A stretch of 59,583 nucleotides of DNA from an uncultured Gemmatimonadota bacterium (GCA_937867645.1 CALMKE010000073.1:1-59583); one strand, 5' to 3'; positions 35,671 through 46,034 are shown, counted from the first letter of the stretch. Notes: generated by a model from the sequence alone, not told the origin. Made by a program: numbers and translations.

Positions 35671-35849
35671 GTATTCGCAGCGGAATCCGGGCTGTTGGCT
35701 GTGGGCTGTCGGCTCACGGCTGACGGACAACCGACATTGGGACGGTTCGTAGTTTTTCCCGGCCAAATTCCAGGACCGTCCCGTCGCAGTTGTCTGATTG
35801 CCGAAAGCCGACAGCCCACAGCCAACAGCCCGGATTCCGCCTGCAATAC
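35671..35849. repeat. Long intergenic inverted-repeat hairpin element E1
   Basis: Two perfect 34-bp arms, 35681-35714 (cggaatccgggctgttggctgtgggctgtcggct) and 35806-35839, are extended by 9 more pairs with two 1-nt bulges. An inner 8-bp IR is gggacggt/accgtccc. The arm contains a 7-nt periodic word GCTGTNG x3. Confidence 0.9.
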
Positions 35850-35857
35850 ACCAGGAA

Positions 35858-36499
35858 TCAGCCTCTCGTAAGGAGCTCCCGTCTCGACACAAACTCGTTG
35901 TTCCTCACGTACCACCTGAGCGGCCAGTCGGCCGCTTTTTTTATTCCGATCCGCGAGCCAACCACGACATCGGCGTCCGCGACCCGCTCCCCTTCCCGGA
36001 TGACCAGCGGCCCGCGCTGCAGGCTGGCCCCGTTGTGCTCCCGGCCGATCCCCAATGCGATGCACAGCTTTCCCGGCCCATTGGTGAGCTCGCGGTCCGT
36101 GCGCCCCGCTCCCCGCCGCTCGCGCATCAGATCGATCCCGACAACCGGCTCGAGCGCGCGTATAAGCACCGCGCTCGGCAATCCTTCGGCGCGCGTCACC
36201 GCGTTGACGCACCAGTACATGCCGTAGATGAAATAGACGTACGCGGTGCCGGGTCGCCCGTACAACGGATCGGTTCGCTTGGTCCGGCCGGCCGCCGCAT
36301 GGCACGCGGGATCATGCTCGCCGACGTACGCCTCGGTCTCGACGATTATGCCCGAGGCTTTTCCCTCCTTCGTCGTGCACTCGAGCACGCAGCCGAGCAG
36401 GTCGCGCGAGACGTGCTCCGTGTCGCGGTCGTAGAAGGCGGCGGGAAGGATCCTGCAGATATGAGAACGCCGCGCGGAGGGCGCGGCGTTCGTGTTCAA
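35858..36499 (-). CDS. mpg: DNA-3-methyladenine glycosylase (MPG/AAG family)
   Basis: 213 aa. Family strings include FYDRDTEHVSRDLLGCVL, GIIVETEAYVGEHDPACHA and GTAYVYFIYGMYWCVNAV. The TTG start overlaps the upstream stop (TTGA). Confidence 0.88.
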   Translation of the reverse strand: MNTNAAPSARRSHICRILPAAFYDRDTEHVSRDLLGCVLECTTKEGKASGIIVETEAYVGEHDPACHAAAGRTKRTDPLYGRPGTAYVYFIYGMYWCVNAVTRAEGLPSAVLIRALEPVVGIDLMRERRGAGRTDRELTNGPGKLCIALGIGREHNGASLQRGPLVIREGERVADADVVVGSRIGIKKAADWPLRWYVRNNEFVSRRELLTRG

Positions 36500-37908
36500 C
36501 CTTCGCTCTCCGCGCCCGCGGGCGCCGGAGGACCTGCTTCCTTCTTCTTCCGCCGGGGCGCCCTGGCTTTCTTGGCGGCGCTCGGCCGCGGGGCCTGCGA
36601 CTCGGGTTCGGACGACTTCTCCGCCGTCTTCTTCGCCGCGCCGCCGCGCGTGCGACCGCGTCTTCGCGGCCGCGGTGACTTCGCGCCATCAGCGGCGACC
36701 GGCACCTCGCCATTCTCCGCGGGTCGGCCGGCGGGTGAAGCGTCGTTCAGCTCGACAACGCCCACGGACAGGAGATCAGCTGGCGGAGATCCGCCGCGCC
36801 GTCCGCGCACGGGGGCGCGACCGCGCGCGATTCCGCGTGCAGGCAGCGCGCTCTCGGACGGAGTGGTACGCGCGGCGGCCGCGAGGCCGAGCTGGTCGCC
36901 GACGGTGAACTCCTGCGGCGCGCTGGTGGCGGCCGCTGGCGGAGCTTCGCTCGCCGCGGCGGCGCCCTGACCACGCCCGCGTCCGCCGCGTGACCGGCTT
37001 CCTCTGCCTCCCCGCTCCCGCGCGGGCTCACCGGGGCGGGCTGGCTGCGCCGCCGGCGCCGCGCCGGCCTTGGCGTGAATTCCCGCGCTCGGCGCGTCGA
37101 TCTCGATCTGGCCGTTCTCCATCTTCTTGAGCGTCAGCAGCTTTCGCTGCGCCGCTTCGGTAACGAAGCGGGAGAACTTGGACATGCCGAGATTCTTCTC
37201 GTCGAACGAGCTGTCCATCTGTTGCATGACCTGCTTGAGCCGGTCGGCGCGCATGACGTCGCCGTTCTTCTTCATGTGCGCGACCGCCGCGCTCACCAGC
37301 TCCCACGGATCCCGCGGGACCACTTCTTCATCGCCGCTCTTCACCAGCCCCGCGAGCGCGTTGTAGCTGTAGTACTCGTCACAGTTCTGGACGAGCAGAT
37401 CGCTCGAAGACTCCCGGATGCCGACTCCGATGACGTACTTCCCGTACTCCTTGAGCTTGATGACCAGGCTCGAAAAGTCGGAGTCGCCGGAGAGGAGGAT
37501 GAAGGTCCCGATTTCGGGACGGGTGAACACCAGCTCGAGCGCGTCGATCGCCAGGCGGATGTCGGTCGCGTTCTTCTTCGACGACCCGTATGCCGGGGCG
37601 AAGATGAGGTCGATCGACGCCTCGGCGAGCGGCACGATGTACTGCGGATACCGGCGCCAATCGGCGTACGCGCGCTGAACGGAGACCTTTCCCTTGACTA
37701 TCTCGGAAGAGAGAAGGTTCTTCAGCTCGCTCTGGAGGTCGGAGCGGATGCCCATCGTGACGTTGTCGAAATCGATGAGCAGCGCCGCGTTCGGAGCGTG
37801 ATGAACGGGCGAACCGACGGGGTGGGACAGGGCCTGGGGCCCGCGATAAACAGGTTTTACCGGAGGACGCGATGGATTCGCGCTCGTCCGAATGGAGCTT
37901 GGACTCAT
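36496..37908 (-). CDS. NYN (LabA-like) + OST-HTH/LOTUS domain protein with long Arg/Gly/Lys-rich disordered tail
   Basis: The NYN core is ALLIDFDNV...FILLSGDSDFSSLVIKLKEYGKYVIGVG. The LOTUS-like segment is ...MRADRLKQVMQQMDSSFDEKNLGMSKFSRFV... The C-terminal ~200 aa are low complexity, including RERGGRGSRSRGGRGRGQG and ...RPRRRGRTRGG...RRKKKE. Confidence 0.82.
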   Translation of the reverse strand: MSPSSIRTSANPSRPPVKPVYRGPQALSHPVGSPVHHAPNAALLIDFDNVTMGIRSDLQSELKNLLSSEIVKGKVSVQRAYADWRRYPQYIVPLAEASIDLIFAPAYGSSKKNATDIRLAIDALELVFTRPEIGTFILLSGDSDFSSLVIKLKEYGKYVIGVGIRESSSDLLVQNCDEYYSYNALAGLVKSGDEEVVPRDPWELVSAAVAHMKKNGDVMRADRLKQVMQQMDSSFDEKNLGMSKFSRFVTEAAQRKLLTLKKMENGQIEIDAPSAGIHAKAGAAPAAQPARPGEPARERGGRGSRSRGGRGRGQGAAAASEAPPAAATSAPQEFTVGDQLGLAAAARTTPSESALPARGIARGRAPVRGRRGGSPPADLLSVGVVELNDASPAGRPAENGEVPVAADGAKSPRPRRRGRTRGGAAKKTAEKSSEPESQAPRPSAAKKARAPRRKKKEAGPPAPAGAESEG

Positions 37909-37979
37909 ACCTTCCTGAGGAGAAATACGTCGTGCCGCAAACTTCTATAACTTAGCCAAGTCACTGTGAATAGGTAACT

Positions 37980-39215
37980 TTGGCGCCCAAATTGGCTTCC
38001 CGCCCCCTCCGCTTCCGCACGCGGCTCCTGGTCATTCTCCTGGCCTTCGCGCTCGCGCCGGCCGTTCTGCTCACGCTGGTATGGAGCGGAACGGTCAATA
38101 CGGCCCTTCCGCTCATCACCGGCCCGGGCGGCTGGGAAGACGTCACGACGAGCGGCCGCGCGGTCGTGGAGGTTGCCCGGAGCAAGCCGCTCACGGCAGC
38201 CGAGCGCCGGATCGTCGAGCGGCACGAGCAGGAGCTCGGCGCGTCGCTCGAGCAATCCAGTCGGTACCGCTACGTCGCCGGGCGCGCGGCGCAGGTCGTC
38301 GGGATCATCGCGCTCATCACGCTGATCGTGTTCACTCTGATAGCCTCGAAAGTAGCGGGGCATCTGAGTCGCCAGCTGAGCCGGCCGCTGCACGAGCTCG
38401 TGCGGTGGGCCGAATCCATCTCACGCGGCGAGCCGCTGCCGGAGACGGCAAGCAGCAAAGGCGCGCCCGAGTTCGAGATTCTGCGACAGCGGATGCGGCG
38501 CATGGCCGTAGAGATCGCCGAGGGCCGGCAGCGCGCGGTCGAGCAGGAGCGGCTGCAGGTGTTGCGCGAGAGCGCGCGCCAGTTCGCGCACGAGCTCAAG
38601 AACCCGCTGACGCCCATCCGTTTCGCCGTGGACCGGATCGCGGCGGCCGCGCCGGCCGAGATGGCGGAGAGCATCGACGTGCTCAAGACGGAGACGCGCC
38701 GCCTGGAGCGAATGGCGCGGAGCTTCGCGGATTTTGGCCGGCTACCGGCGGGCGCGATGGCGGAGATAGACGTCGGCGAGCTCGTACGGTATTCCGCGGG
38801 CGCGAGCGTCCCGCGCGGGTTCGCGCTCGAAGTGGACATCGCGCCGGAGCTCCCGCGCGTGCGCGGTCATCACGACTCGCTCGCCGCCGCCCTGTCGAAC
38901 GTGCTCATCAACGCGGTGGAAGCCTGCGGCGCGGCCGGCCGGATCGCGCTGCGGGTGAGCGAGGACCGCGTGAATGGCGACCGGGCGATTCGAATTTCCG
39001 TCGCCGACAACGGCTGCGGAATTCCGCCCGAGAAACTCGCCACCATCTGGGAGCCGTATATTACGAACAAGCCCGGTGGAACCGGACTTGGACTCGCCAT
39101 CGCGCGGCAGACCGTTCTCGCACACGGCGGGCGCGTCTCGGGCTCCAGCGCGCCAGGCGAGGGAACCACGATCGACATCGTTCTTCCGATCGCACATCCA
39201 CCGGCAGCCGGCTGA
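37980..39215 (+). CDS. Sensor histidine kinase (two N-terminal TM segments, NtrY-like layout)
   Basis: 411 aa. The H-box is FAHELKNPLTPIRF, the N-box NVLINAVEA, G1 DNGCGI and G2 GGTGLGLAIA. The start is TTG as in the track. Confidence 0.88.
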   Translation: MAPKLASRPLRFRTRLLVILLAFALAPAVLLTLVWSGTVNTALPLITGPGGWEDVTTSGRAVVEVARSKPLTAAERRIVERHEQELGASLEQSSRYRYVAGRAAQVVGIIALITLIVFTLIASKVAGHLSRQLSRPLHELVRWAESISRGEPLPETASSKGAPEFEILRQRMRRMAVEIAEGRQRAVEQERLQVLRESARQFAHELKNPLTPIRFAVDRIAAAAPAEMAESIDVLKTETRRLERMARSFADFGRLPAGAMAEIDVGELVRYSAGASVPRGFALEVDIAPELPRVRGHHDSLAAALSNVLINAVEACGAAGRIALRVSEDRVNGDRAIRISVADNGCGIPPEKLATIWEPYITNKPGGTGLGLAIARQTVLAHGGRVSGSSAPGEGTTIDIVLPIAHPPAAG

Positions 39216-39244
39216 CCGGCCGCATCACACAGGACGGATTCAGC

Positions 39245-39544
39245 ATGAACATCCCCGGCGAGTTGATCCCGATAACTCTGTTCATCGTCATGGGGTTCGT
39301 CGCCGTGTTTCTTCCGATCTCCAGGGCGCTGGCGCGCCGGGCCGACAGGCAGTCGCTGCAGCCGAAGGTGCCGCCGGAGATTTTCGGACGCCTAGAGCGC
39401 ATAGAGCAGGCGGTTGACGCGATCGCGATCGAAGTCGAGCGCATCTCCGAGGGCCAGCGGTTCACGACCCAGCTTCTCTCCGAAGGAAGGCAGAAAGCGG
39501 GCGCTCTCCCGGCCGCCGACAGCTCCTCCGCTCCCCGCGGCTGA
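39245..39544 (+). CDS. 99-aa single-pass membrane protein between kinase and regulator
   Basis: This ORF is hidden as the last 99 codons of a 487-aa shadow ORF (38081-39544). It reads MNIPGELIPITLFIVMGFVAVFLPISRALARR (TM) followed by a helical segment ...FGRLERIEQAVDAIAIEVERISEGQRF... It starts 30 nt after the kinase stop and ends 13 nt before the regulator start. Confidence 0.6.
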   Translation: MNIPGELIPITLFIVMGFVAVFLPISRALARRADRQSLQPKVPPEIFGRLERIEQAVDAIAIEVERISEGQRFTTQLLSEGRQKAGALPAADSSSAPRG

Positions 39545-39557
39545 CCCTTCGGCCCGC

Positions 39558-40917
<1,360 letters not shown>

Positions 40918-40925
<8 letters not shown>

Positions 40926-42354
40926 GCCGCTCATGCGCAACGTCATTTTCGCGGTTCTCGGAGCTGTCGCGTTCCCGATCGCGGCCGCACCGGTCCGCGC
41001 CCAGATTCCCGACACGGTCGCCGCCGATTCCATTCCCGACGCGCCCGCGCCGGCGCGCACGACGCGCAACTCGGGGACTTTTACGATCACGTCGGGTGGC
41101 GGCTACAACCGGGTCGAGGGTCTTCCCGTCCTTTTCGGGCCCGTGGTCGAGACGGCGTTCGGCTCGGCTCGCCTGCGCGCGTCGGCGCTCGGCATCATCC
41201 GGAGCGCCGGAACGTTCCGCGTAGACGGCGACAACCTCGGGCACGACCTGAAGCTCGGCGTGCTGTTCGACCCGGCGGAACGGACTTCGCTCACCGTGCG
41301 CGCTTACGACGTCGTGGACGCGGTCGAGGACTGGCAGATTCCGCGCGACGAGGCCGGTCTCGCGGCGTTTTTCTTCCGCAGCGATTTCCGCGATCACTAC
41401 AACAGACACGGCGCGTCGCTGTCGGGGACCTACGCCGCGTCCAGGCGCGCGACCCTCTCGGCGTCCTTCGCGCGGGAGCGGTGGCAGTCCCGCGAGGTTC
41501 GCGACGTGCTCACCGTGTTCCGCAACGGTAAGGCGTGGCGGCCGAACCCGGCGATGGACGAAGGTCTGTTTCACATCGCGACGGCGGGGCTCACGTACGA
41601 CAATCGGAACGATCCGCGCAGACCCACTACTGGTTGGCTCGTCCGCGCCGAGTACGAGGTGGGCTCAGGCAGCGTGGACGCTTTCGGGCCGACGTCGCTC
41701 TCCGCGCGCGGCGCGACGACGTCCGAGCCTCGATATGGCCGCTTGTTCGTGGACGCGCGCCGCTACGTCCGCCTCTCTCCGACGAACCACCTGGCCGGAC
41801 GCGTGGCGACCGGCGGCTGGATTCACGGGGACGAGCTGCCGCTGCAGCGCCGTCTTTCCGTCTCGGGTGTCGGCGCCGTGCCCGGCATCGATTTCCGGGA
41901 GCCGTCGCTTGGCTCCGATGTCGGCCAGTGCAGCAGTGCTCCCGCGCCGGCGGGAGACCCCGCGCAGTGCGAGCGGATGCTGCTCGCGCAGCTGGAGTAC
42001 CGCGTGAGCCTGCGCTCGCGTCCGGGCAGCATCATCGGCCGCACCGTTCGCATTCGCAGCCGCGCGTTCACGCTGAACCCGTCGCTGGTGCTCTTCGCGG
42101 ACGCGGGCCGCGGATGGCTGGTCAAACCGCGCGATGGCGGCGCGATCGATCCCCTTCCCCCCGGCCCGACGCCGCCGCCTGATCCCTCGCGCGATCTCGT
42201 TTACTCCGCGGCGAGTATCCCGCCGTTCGGCACCTTCCGTACCGACATCGGGGCGGGCGTGGACCTCGGACTCTTCGGCATATATGTCGCGAAGTCCCTG
42301 TCCGAGTCGGGCGAGCCCATGAACATCTTCCTGCGCGCGCGCCGCAGGTTCTGA
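40918..42354 (+). CDS. Outer-membrane beta-barrel, Omp85/surface-antigen-like without POTRA
   Basis: The signal peptide is ...MRNVIFAVLGAVAFPIAAAPVRAQ. A YNRVEGL motif is present (compare FNRVEGL in 126-2327). The C-terminus is ...FLRARRRF with terminal Phe. It overlaps the regulator stop, and the start may be the ATG at 40933. Confidence 0.7.
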
Positions 42355-42359
42355 CGACC

Positions 42360-43001
42360 GTGAACCTCCTGTCGCGGGTGGCGCTCACTCTCGCGATCGC
42401 GGCCGCGCCGGAACTCGCGCGCGCCCAGGAGCCGGACATCGAGGTACGGCTCCCCGCGCCTGCCGCGCGCGCCACGGAGTCGCCGTTCATCAGGTCGTCG
42501 GGGCTGCTGCGCGCGCCGATGACCGACTTGCTGCGCAGCGGCTTTCCCGCGCGCATCCGCTACAAGATCGAGCGGTGGGCCATCGGCGGGTGGGCGGACG
42601 ATCTGAAGGCGACGCGCGAGTGGAACGTCATCGTCCGCTACGACCAGTTGGCCCGCGTGTACCGGGTGATGCGCGTGTTCCGGGGAACCGCGACGCCGCT
42701 CGGCGAGTCCGCCACGGTCGCGGGGGCGGATTCCATCGTCGCGCGCCTGACCCGCACGCCGATGCCGCCTCCGCGCAGGGGCGAGCGGTCGTACTACACC
42801 CTGATCATCGAGCTGGAGATGCTGTCGCTCGGCGATCTCGACGAGCTGGAGCTCTGGCTCCGCGGCGAGTTCCGGCCGGCCGTGCGGGGCGAGCGCAATC
42901 CCGGCACAGCGCTCACGCGCGGCATTCGCACGGTGCTGGTCCGGCTGCTTGGAGGAGAGAAGCGGCGCTACGAGGCGCGCTCGGTAACGTTTACGCCCTA
43001 G
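42360..43001 (+). CDS. Secreted protein, possibly DUF4390-like
   Basis: 213 aa with signal peptide MNLLSRVALTLAIAAAPELARAQ, starting 5 nt after the barrel gene. My recollection is that DUF4390 proteins accompany NtrY/NtrX loci in other phyla. The assignment is from memory and has not been searched. Confidence 0.55.
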   Translation: MNLLSRVALTLAIAAAPELARAQEPDIEVRLPAPAARATESPFIRSSGLLRAPMTDLLRSGFPARIRYKIERWAIGGWADDLKATREWNVIVRYDQLARVYRVMRVFRGTATPLGESATVAGADSIVARLTRTPMPPPRRGERSYYTLIIELEMLSLGDLDELELWLRGEFRPAVRGERNPGTALTRGIRTVLVRLLGGEKRRYEARSVTFTP

Positions 43002-43052
43002 TCTGCGGCAGGTAGTTACCAGTCACCAATCACTGGTCACCAGTCACTACTT

Positions 43053-43655
43053 TCAGCTCAGCAGCGTTACCGGCTCGTGGCGCGGGTGACGGTGCTCGAG
43101 GTCCTCGAGATGGTGCAGCGTCTCCTCGCCGTAGAACAGCTTGATGTAGCGCGCCTGCGTCGGCGTGAGGCGGCGGACAGCCCAGCTCAGGTGCACGAAG
43201 TGCGGCTCGACGGGGGCGTGCAGCGGGTGCATGCCGATCTCGCTCGGCAGATGATCCGCCTTTCTGGTATTGCAGGGGCTGCAGGCGGTGACGACGTTGG
43301 TCCAGTCGTTCGAGCCGCCCCGCGAGATCGGAACCAGGTGGTCGCGCGTCAGCGATTCACGCGGCTTCAGCTCCATCTGCATCTTGCCGCAATACTGGCA
43401 GCGGTACCGGTCGCGCGCGAAAAGGAAAGTGTTGGTCACCTGGCGCCGGAACTTCCGCGGAACGTGCACGAATTTCCGGAGGCGGATCACGACCGGTCGC
43501 GGAAGGCTGAGCCGCTCGGAGCGGACGTGGCGGTCCCCATCGGCCTCGACGATTTCCGCCTTGCCGTCAATGACGAGCCGCAGCGCGCGCCTGAGCGGCA
43601 CCATGGTCAACGGCTCGAACGACGCGTTAAGTGCCAGACAACCCAGCACCAACAT
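43053..43655 (-). CDS. HNH endonuclease family protein
   Basis: 200 aa. The HNH core is CQYCG...LTRDHLVPISRGGSNDWTNVVTACSPCNTRK. Confidence 0.85.
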   Translation of the reverse strand: MLVLGCLALNASFEPLTMVPLRRALRLVIDGKAEIVEADGDRHVRSERLSLPRPVVIRLRKFVHVPRKFRRQVTNTFLFARDRYRCQYCGKMQMELKPRESLTRDHLVPISRGGSNDWTNVVTACSPCNTRKADHLPSEIGMHPLHAPVEPHFVHLSWAVRRLTPTQARYIKLFYGEETLHHLEDLEHRHPRHEPVTLLS

Positions 43656-43686
43656 CTCCTCCGGGAATTCGTGAGGTCAATATAAG

Positions 43687-44667
43687 CTACGCGTAACTCT
43701 TCACAGTAGACGTTTCTGCACCTCTCGAGGGCACGGATCCCCTGCCCGGCACCGCCGTGCGCCAGCCGTACCGGTCCGGCAGCCTGCCCGTCGCCAGCCC
43801 CATGTACTGCTCCTGAATCGCGAGACTGATCGGACCCGGCTTCCCCGTTCCGATCGGGACGCGATCCACCGACCGGATCGGGGTGATCTCCGCCGCCGTG
43901 CCGGTGAAGAACAGCTCGTCCGCGATGTACAGCAGCTCTCGCGGCATGACCTGCTCCACGACTTCATACCCCAGATCGCGCGCGATGGTCAGGACGGAAT
44001 CACGGGTGATGCCGTTGAGGATTCCCGCGCTGATCGGACTCGTCATCACTTTCCCGTCGCGTACGACGAACAGGTTCTCCCCGCTCCCCTCCGACACGAA
44101 TCCGAACGAGTCGAGCATGATGCCTTCCACGTAGCCGTCGATGCGCGCCTCCATTTTGGAAAGCTGCGAGCCGAGGTAGTTGCCGCCGGCCTTCGCGAGC
44201 GTTGGCGTCGTGCCCGGTGATGGCCGGCGCCAGCTCGAGATGCACACGTCCACGCCGCTCGCGAGCGCGTCCTTTCCGAGGTACGCGCCCCATTGCCACG
44301 GAATGATGAACGTCTCCACGGGTACCTCGAGCGGAAGCACGCCCATCTGCATCCCCGTCCGCATCGCGACCGGCCGCAGGTAACAGTGCGGCAGGCCGTT
44401 CTCGGCGACCGTGGCGACACACGCTTCCACCAGATCATCCACCGAATGCGCCATCGGCATCCGGTAGATACGGCACGAGTCCACGAACCGCTCCATGTGG
44501 TCGCGCAGACGGAAGATCGCGGGACCGTCGGGCGTCTCGTAGCAGCGAATGCCCTCGAAGACGCTCGATCCGTAATGGACGACGTGACTGAGGACGTGGA
44601 TCGTGGCGTCCTGCCACGAAATCATCTTGCCGTCGCGCCAGATCCTGTGGTCTGGAGCAGGGGTCAC
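43687..44667 (-). CDS. ilvE: Branched-chain-amino-acid aminotransferase
   Basis: 326 aa. Strings include IWRDGKMISWQDATIHVLSHVVHYGSSVFEGIRCY and ...EGSGENLFVV...GITRDSV (fold-type IV PLP enzyme). Confidence 0.92.
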   Translation of the reverse strand: MTPAPDHRIWRDGKMISWQDATIHVLSHVVHYGSSVFEGIRCYETPDGPAIFRLRDHMERFVDSCRIYRMPMAHSVDDLVEACVATVAENGLPHCYLRPVAMRTGMQMGVLPLEVPVETFIIPWQWGAYLGKDALASGVDVCISSWRRPSPGTTPTLAKAGGNYLGSQLSKMEARIDGYVEGIMLDSFGFVSEGSGENLFVVRDGKVMTSPISAGILNGITRDSVLTIARDLGYEVVEQVMPRELLYIADELFFTGTAAEITPIRSVDRVPIGTGKPGPISLAIQEQYMGLATGRLPDRYGWRTAVPGRGSVPSRGAETSTVKSYA

Positions 44668-44687
44668 GTGTGCCTCCCGAGCCTCGG

Positions 44688-46034
44688 TCAGTTAGTCGTC
44701 GCCGCGTCGTGCCACATGCGGAGCGCGCGTCCGGCAGCCGCAACCCTGCCGGCGACTTCATCGTTCGCGGCCAGCAGCCGTCCATCGCGAACGAGCGGCT
44801 TGCCCGCTACGGCCACGAACTTCGCCGCCGCGCCGCCCAGCGAGAATATAGCCGCCGCGACCGGATCGCCGACAGGAAGCGCGGCTGCTCCCACATCGAA
44901 AACCGCGAAGTCCGCGTCCTTGCCCGGCTCCAGGGTGCCGATTTGACCGTCGAGACGTAGCGCCTTCGCTCCGCCGATCGTCGCGAGCTCGAGCGCCTGC
45001 GCGGCGGGCACCGCGTCGTGCGACCGCAGTCGCGCGCGCTGCTGCAGGACGGCGGTGCGCGCTTCCTCCAGCATGTGCATCCGGTTGTTGCTCGCGACCG
45101 AGTCCGATCCCAGGCCGACCGGGAGCCCCGCGCTCAGCATCTCCGTCAGCGGCGCGACGCCATGGCCGAGCTTGGCGTTGGACACGGGACAGTGGGCCAC
45201 GGCGCAGCCGCGAGCGGTCATGAGCGCCAGGTCGGCCTCGTCCACGTGCACGCAGTGGATCAGCAGCGTGCCGGGTCCCAGCGCGCCCAGGGAGTCGAGC
45301 AGTCCGATGGGTGATCGGCCGCGCACCGGCGTCGCGATCCCGCGCGCGGATAACCGGGAGGCGAGCGTGCCCGCGCCGCGGTTCACCAGATCGCACTCTT
45401 CCGCGCTCTCCGCGACGTGCACCGCCACCGGCAGCGCCGCTTCGCGCGCGTACCGCGCAACGTCTTCGTACAGCTCGTCCGAAACGGTGTAGGGAGCGTG
45501 CGGGGAAACCCCCACGCGCACCAGCGAGGAATCCGCCGAAGGACGAGCCGCGTCGAGGCGTGATCGCAGCTCCTGCATCGCCCCGATCCGCCGCTCCGGC
45601 GCCGGACCGAAGACCTCCTGATACATGATCCCGCGCACACCCATCTCGAGCATCGCGGACAGCACGACGCCGCTGGCGCACGTGTCCGCGTACGTCGTGA
45701 TGCCGGCCAGAAGCCCTTCGGCTATCCCGTGTCGCGCGGAGTCGAGCAGCATCGTGTCCGACAGTATCTCGTTGCGGCTCGCGCGCAGCTTGTCTATCCA
45801 CTCGGCAAACGCGAGCTCTTCCAGCGAGCCGCGCATCGCGGTGAGCTCGAGATGCGTGTGCGCGTTGACCAGGCCGGGCAGAAGGATCGCGTCGCCGAAA
45901 TCCACCTCCTGTCCGGCGGGCGCTCCGGCCACGGAGCCCACGTACTCGATCCGCTCGCCGACTACACCCAGCACTCCGTCCTCGATGGGCGGGCCGCTGA
46001 CCGGGATCAGCCAGCGCGCTCGGTACCGGATCAC
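44688..46034 (-). CDS. Amidohydrolase-family deaminase (MtaD/SsnA/chlorohydrolase-like)
   Basis: The GTG at 46034 overlaps the PBP1A stop (GTGA). Strings include LLPGLVNAHTHLEL, ...VAVHVAES..., ...LIHCVHV... and ...GLGSDSVASNN (metal-ligand pattern of the amidohydrolase superfamily). The 932-aa track ORF is a chimera with an out-of-frame overlap of PBP1A. Confidence 0.82.
   Translation of the reverse strand: MIRYRARWLIPVSGPPIEDGVLGVVGERIEYVGSVAGAPAGQEVDFGDAILLPGLVNAHTHLELTAMRGSLEELAFAEWIDKLRASRNEILSDTMLLDSARHGIAEGLLAGITTYADTCASGVVLSAMLEMGVRGIMYQEVFGPAPERRIGAMQELRSRLDAARPSADSSLVRVGVSPHAPYTVSDELYEDVARYAREAALPVAVHVAESAEECDLVNRGAGTLASRLSARGIATPVRGRSPIGLLDSLGALGPGTLLIHCVHVDEADLALMTARGCAVAHCPVSNAKLGHGVAPLTEMLSAGLPVGLGSDSVASNNRMHMLEEARTAVLQQRARLRSHDAVPAAQALELATIGGAKALRLDGQIGTLEPGKDADFAVFDVGAAALPVGDPVAAAIFSLGGAAAKFVAVAGKPLVRDGRLLAANDEVAGRVAAAGRALRMWHDAATTN

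Noticed and set aside
35671-35849. Possibility that the word-repeat regions (here, 54409-54579 and 59194-59290) are CRISPR arrays
   Set aside because: There is no series of three or more identical direct repeats with regular unique spacers. The structures are inverted repeats, and no cas genes are in the window.
35798-36970. 390-aa plus-strand ORF starting inside E1
   Set aside because: It is antisense to the mpg and NYN-LOTUS genes, and its N-terminus is a read of the E1 right arm. The composition is Arg/Pro/Ala-rich.
38081-39244. N-terminal 388 aa of the 487-aa plus-strand ORF
   Set aside because: This is an out-of-frame overlap of the histidine kinase gene and the composition is Arg/Ala/Gly noise. 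Only the last 99 codons (39245-39544) behave like a gene.
43053-43655. HNH endonuclease as a mobile-element or defence-island marker
   Set aside because: It is a solitary 200-aa HNH protein flanked by housekeeping genes (ilvE). There is no partner methylase, intron/intein context, repeats or integrase. It looks like the widespread stand-alone conserved HNH family.
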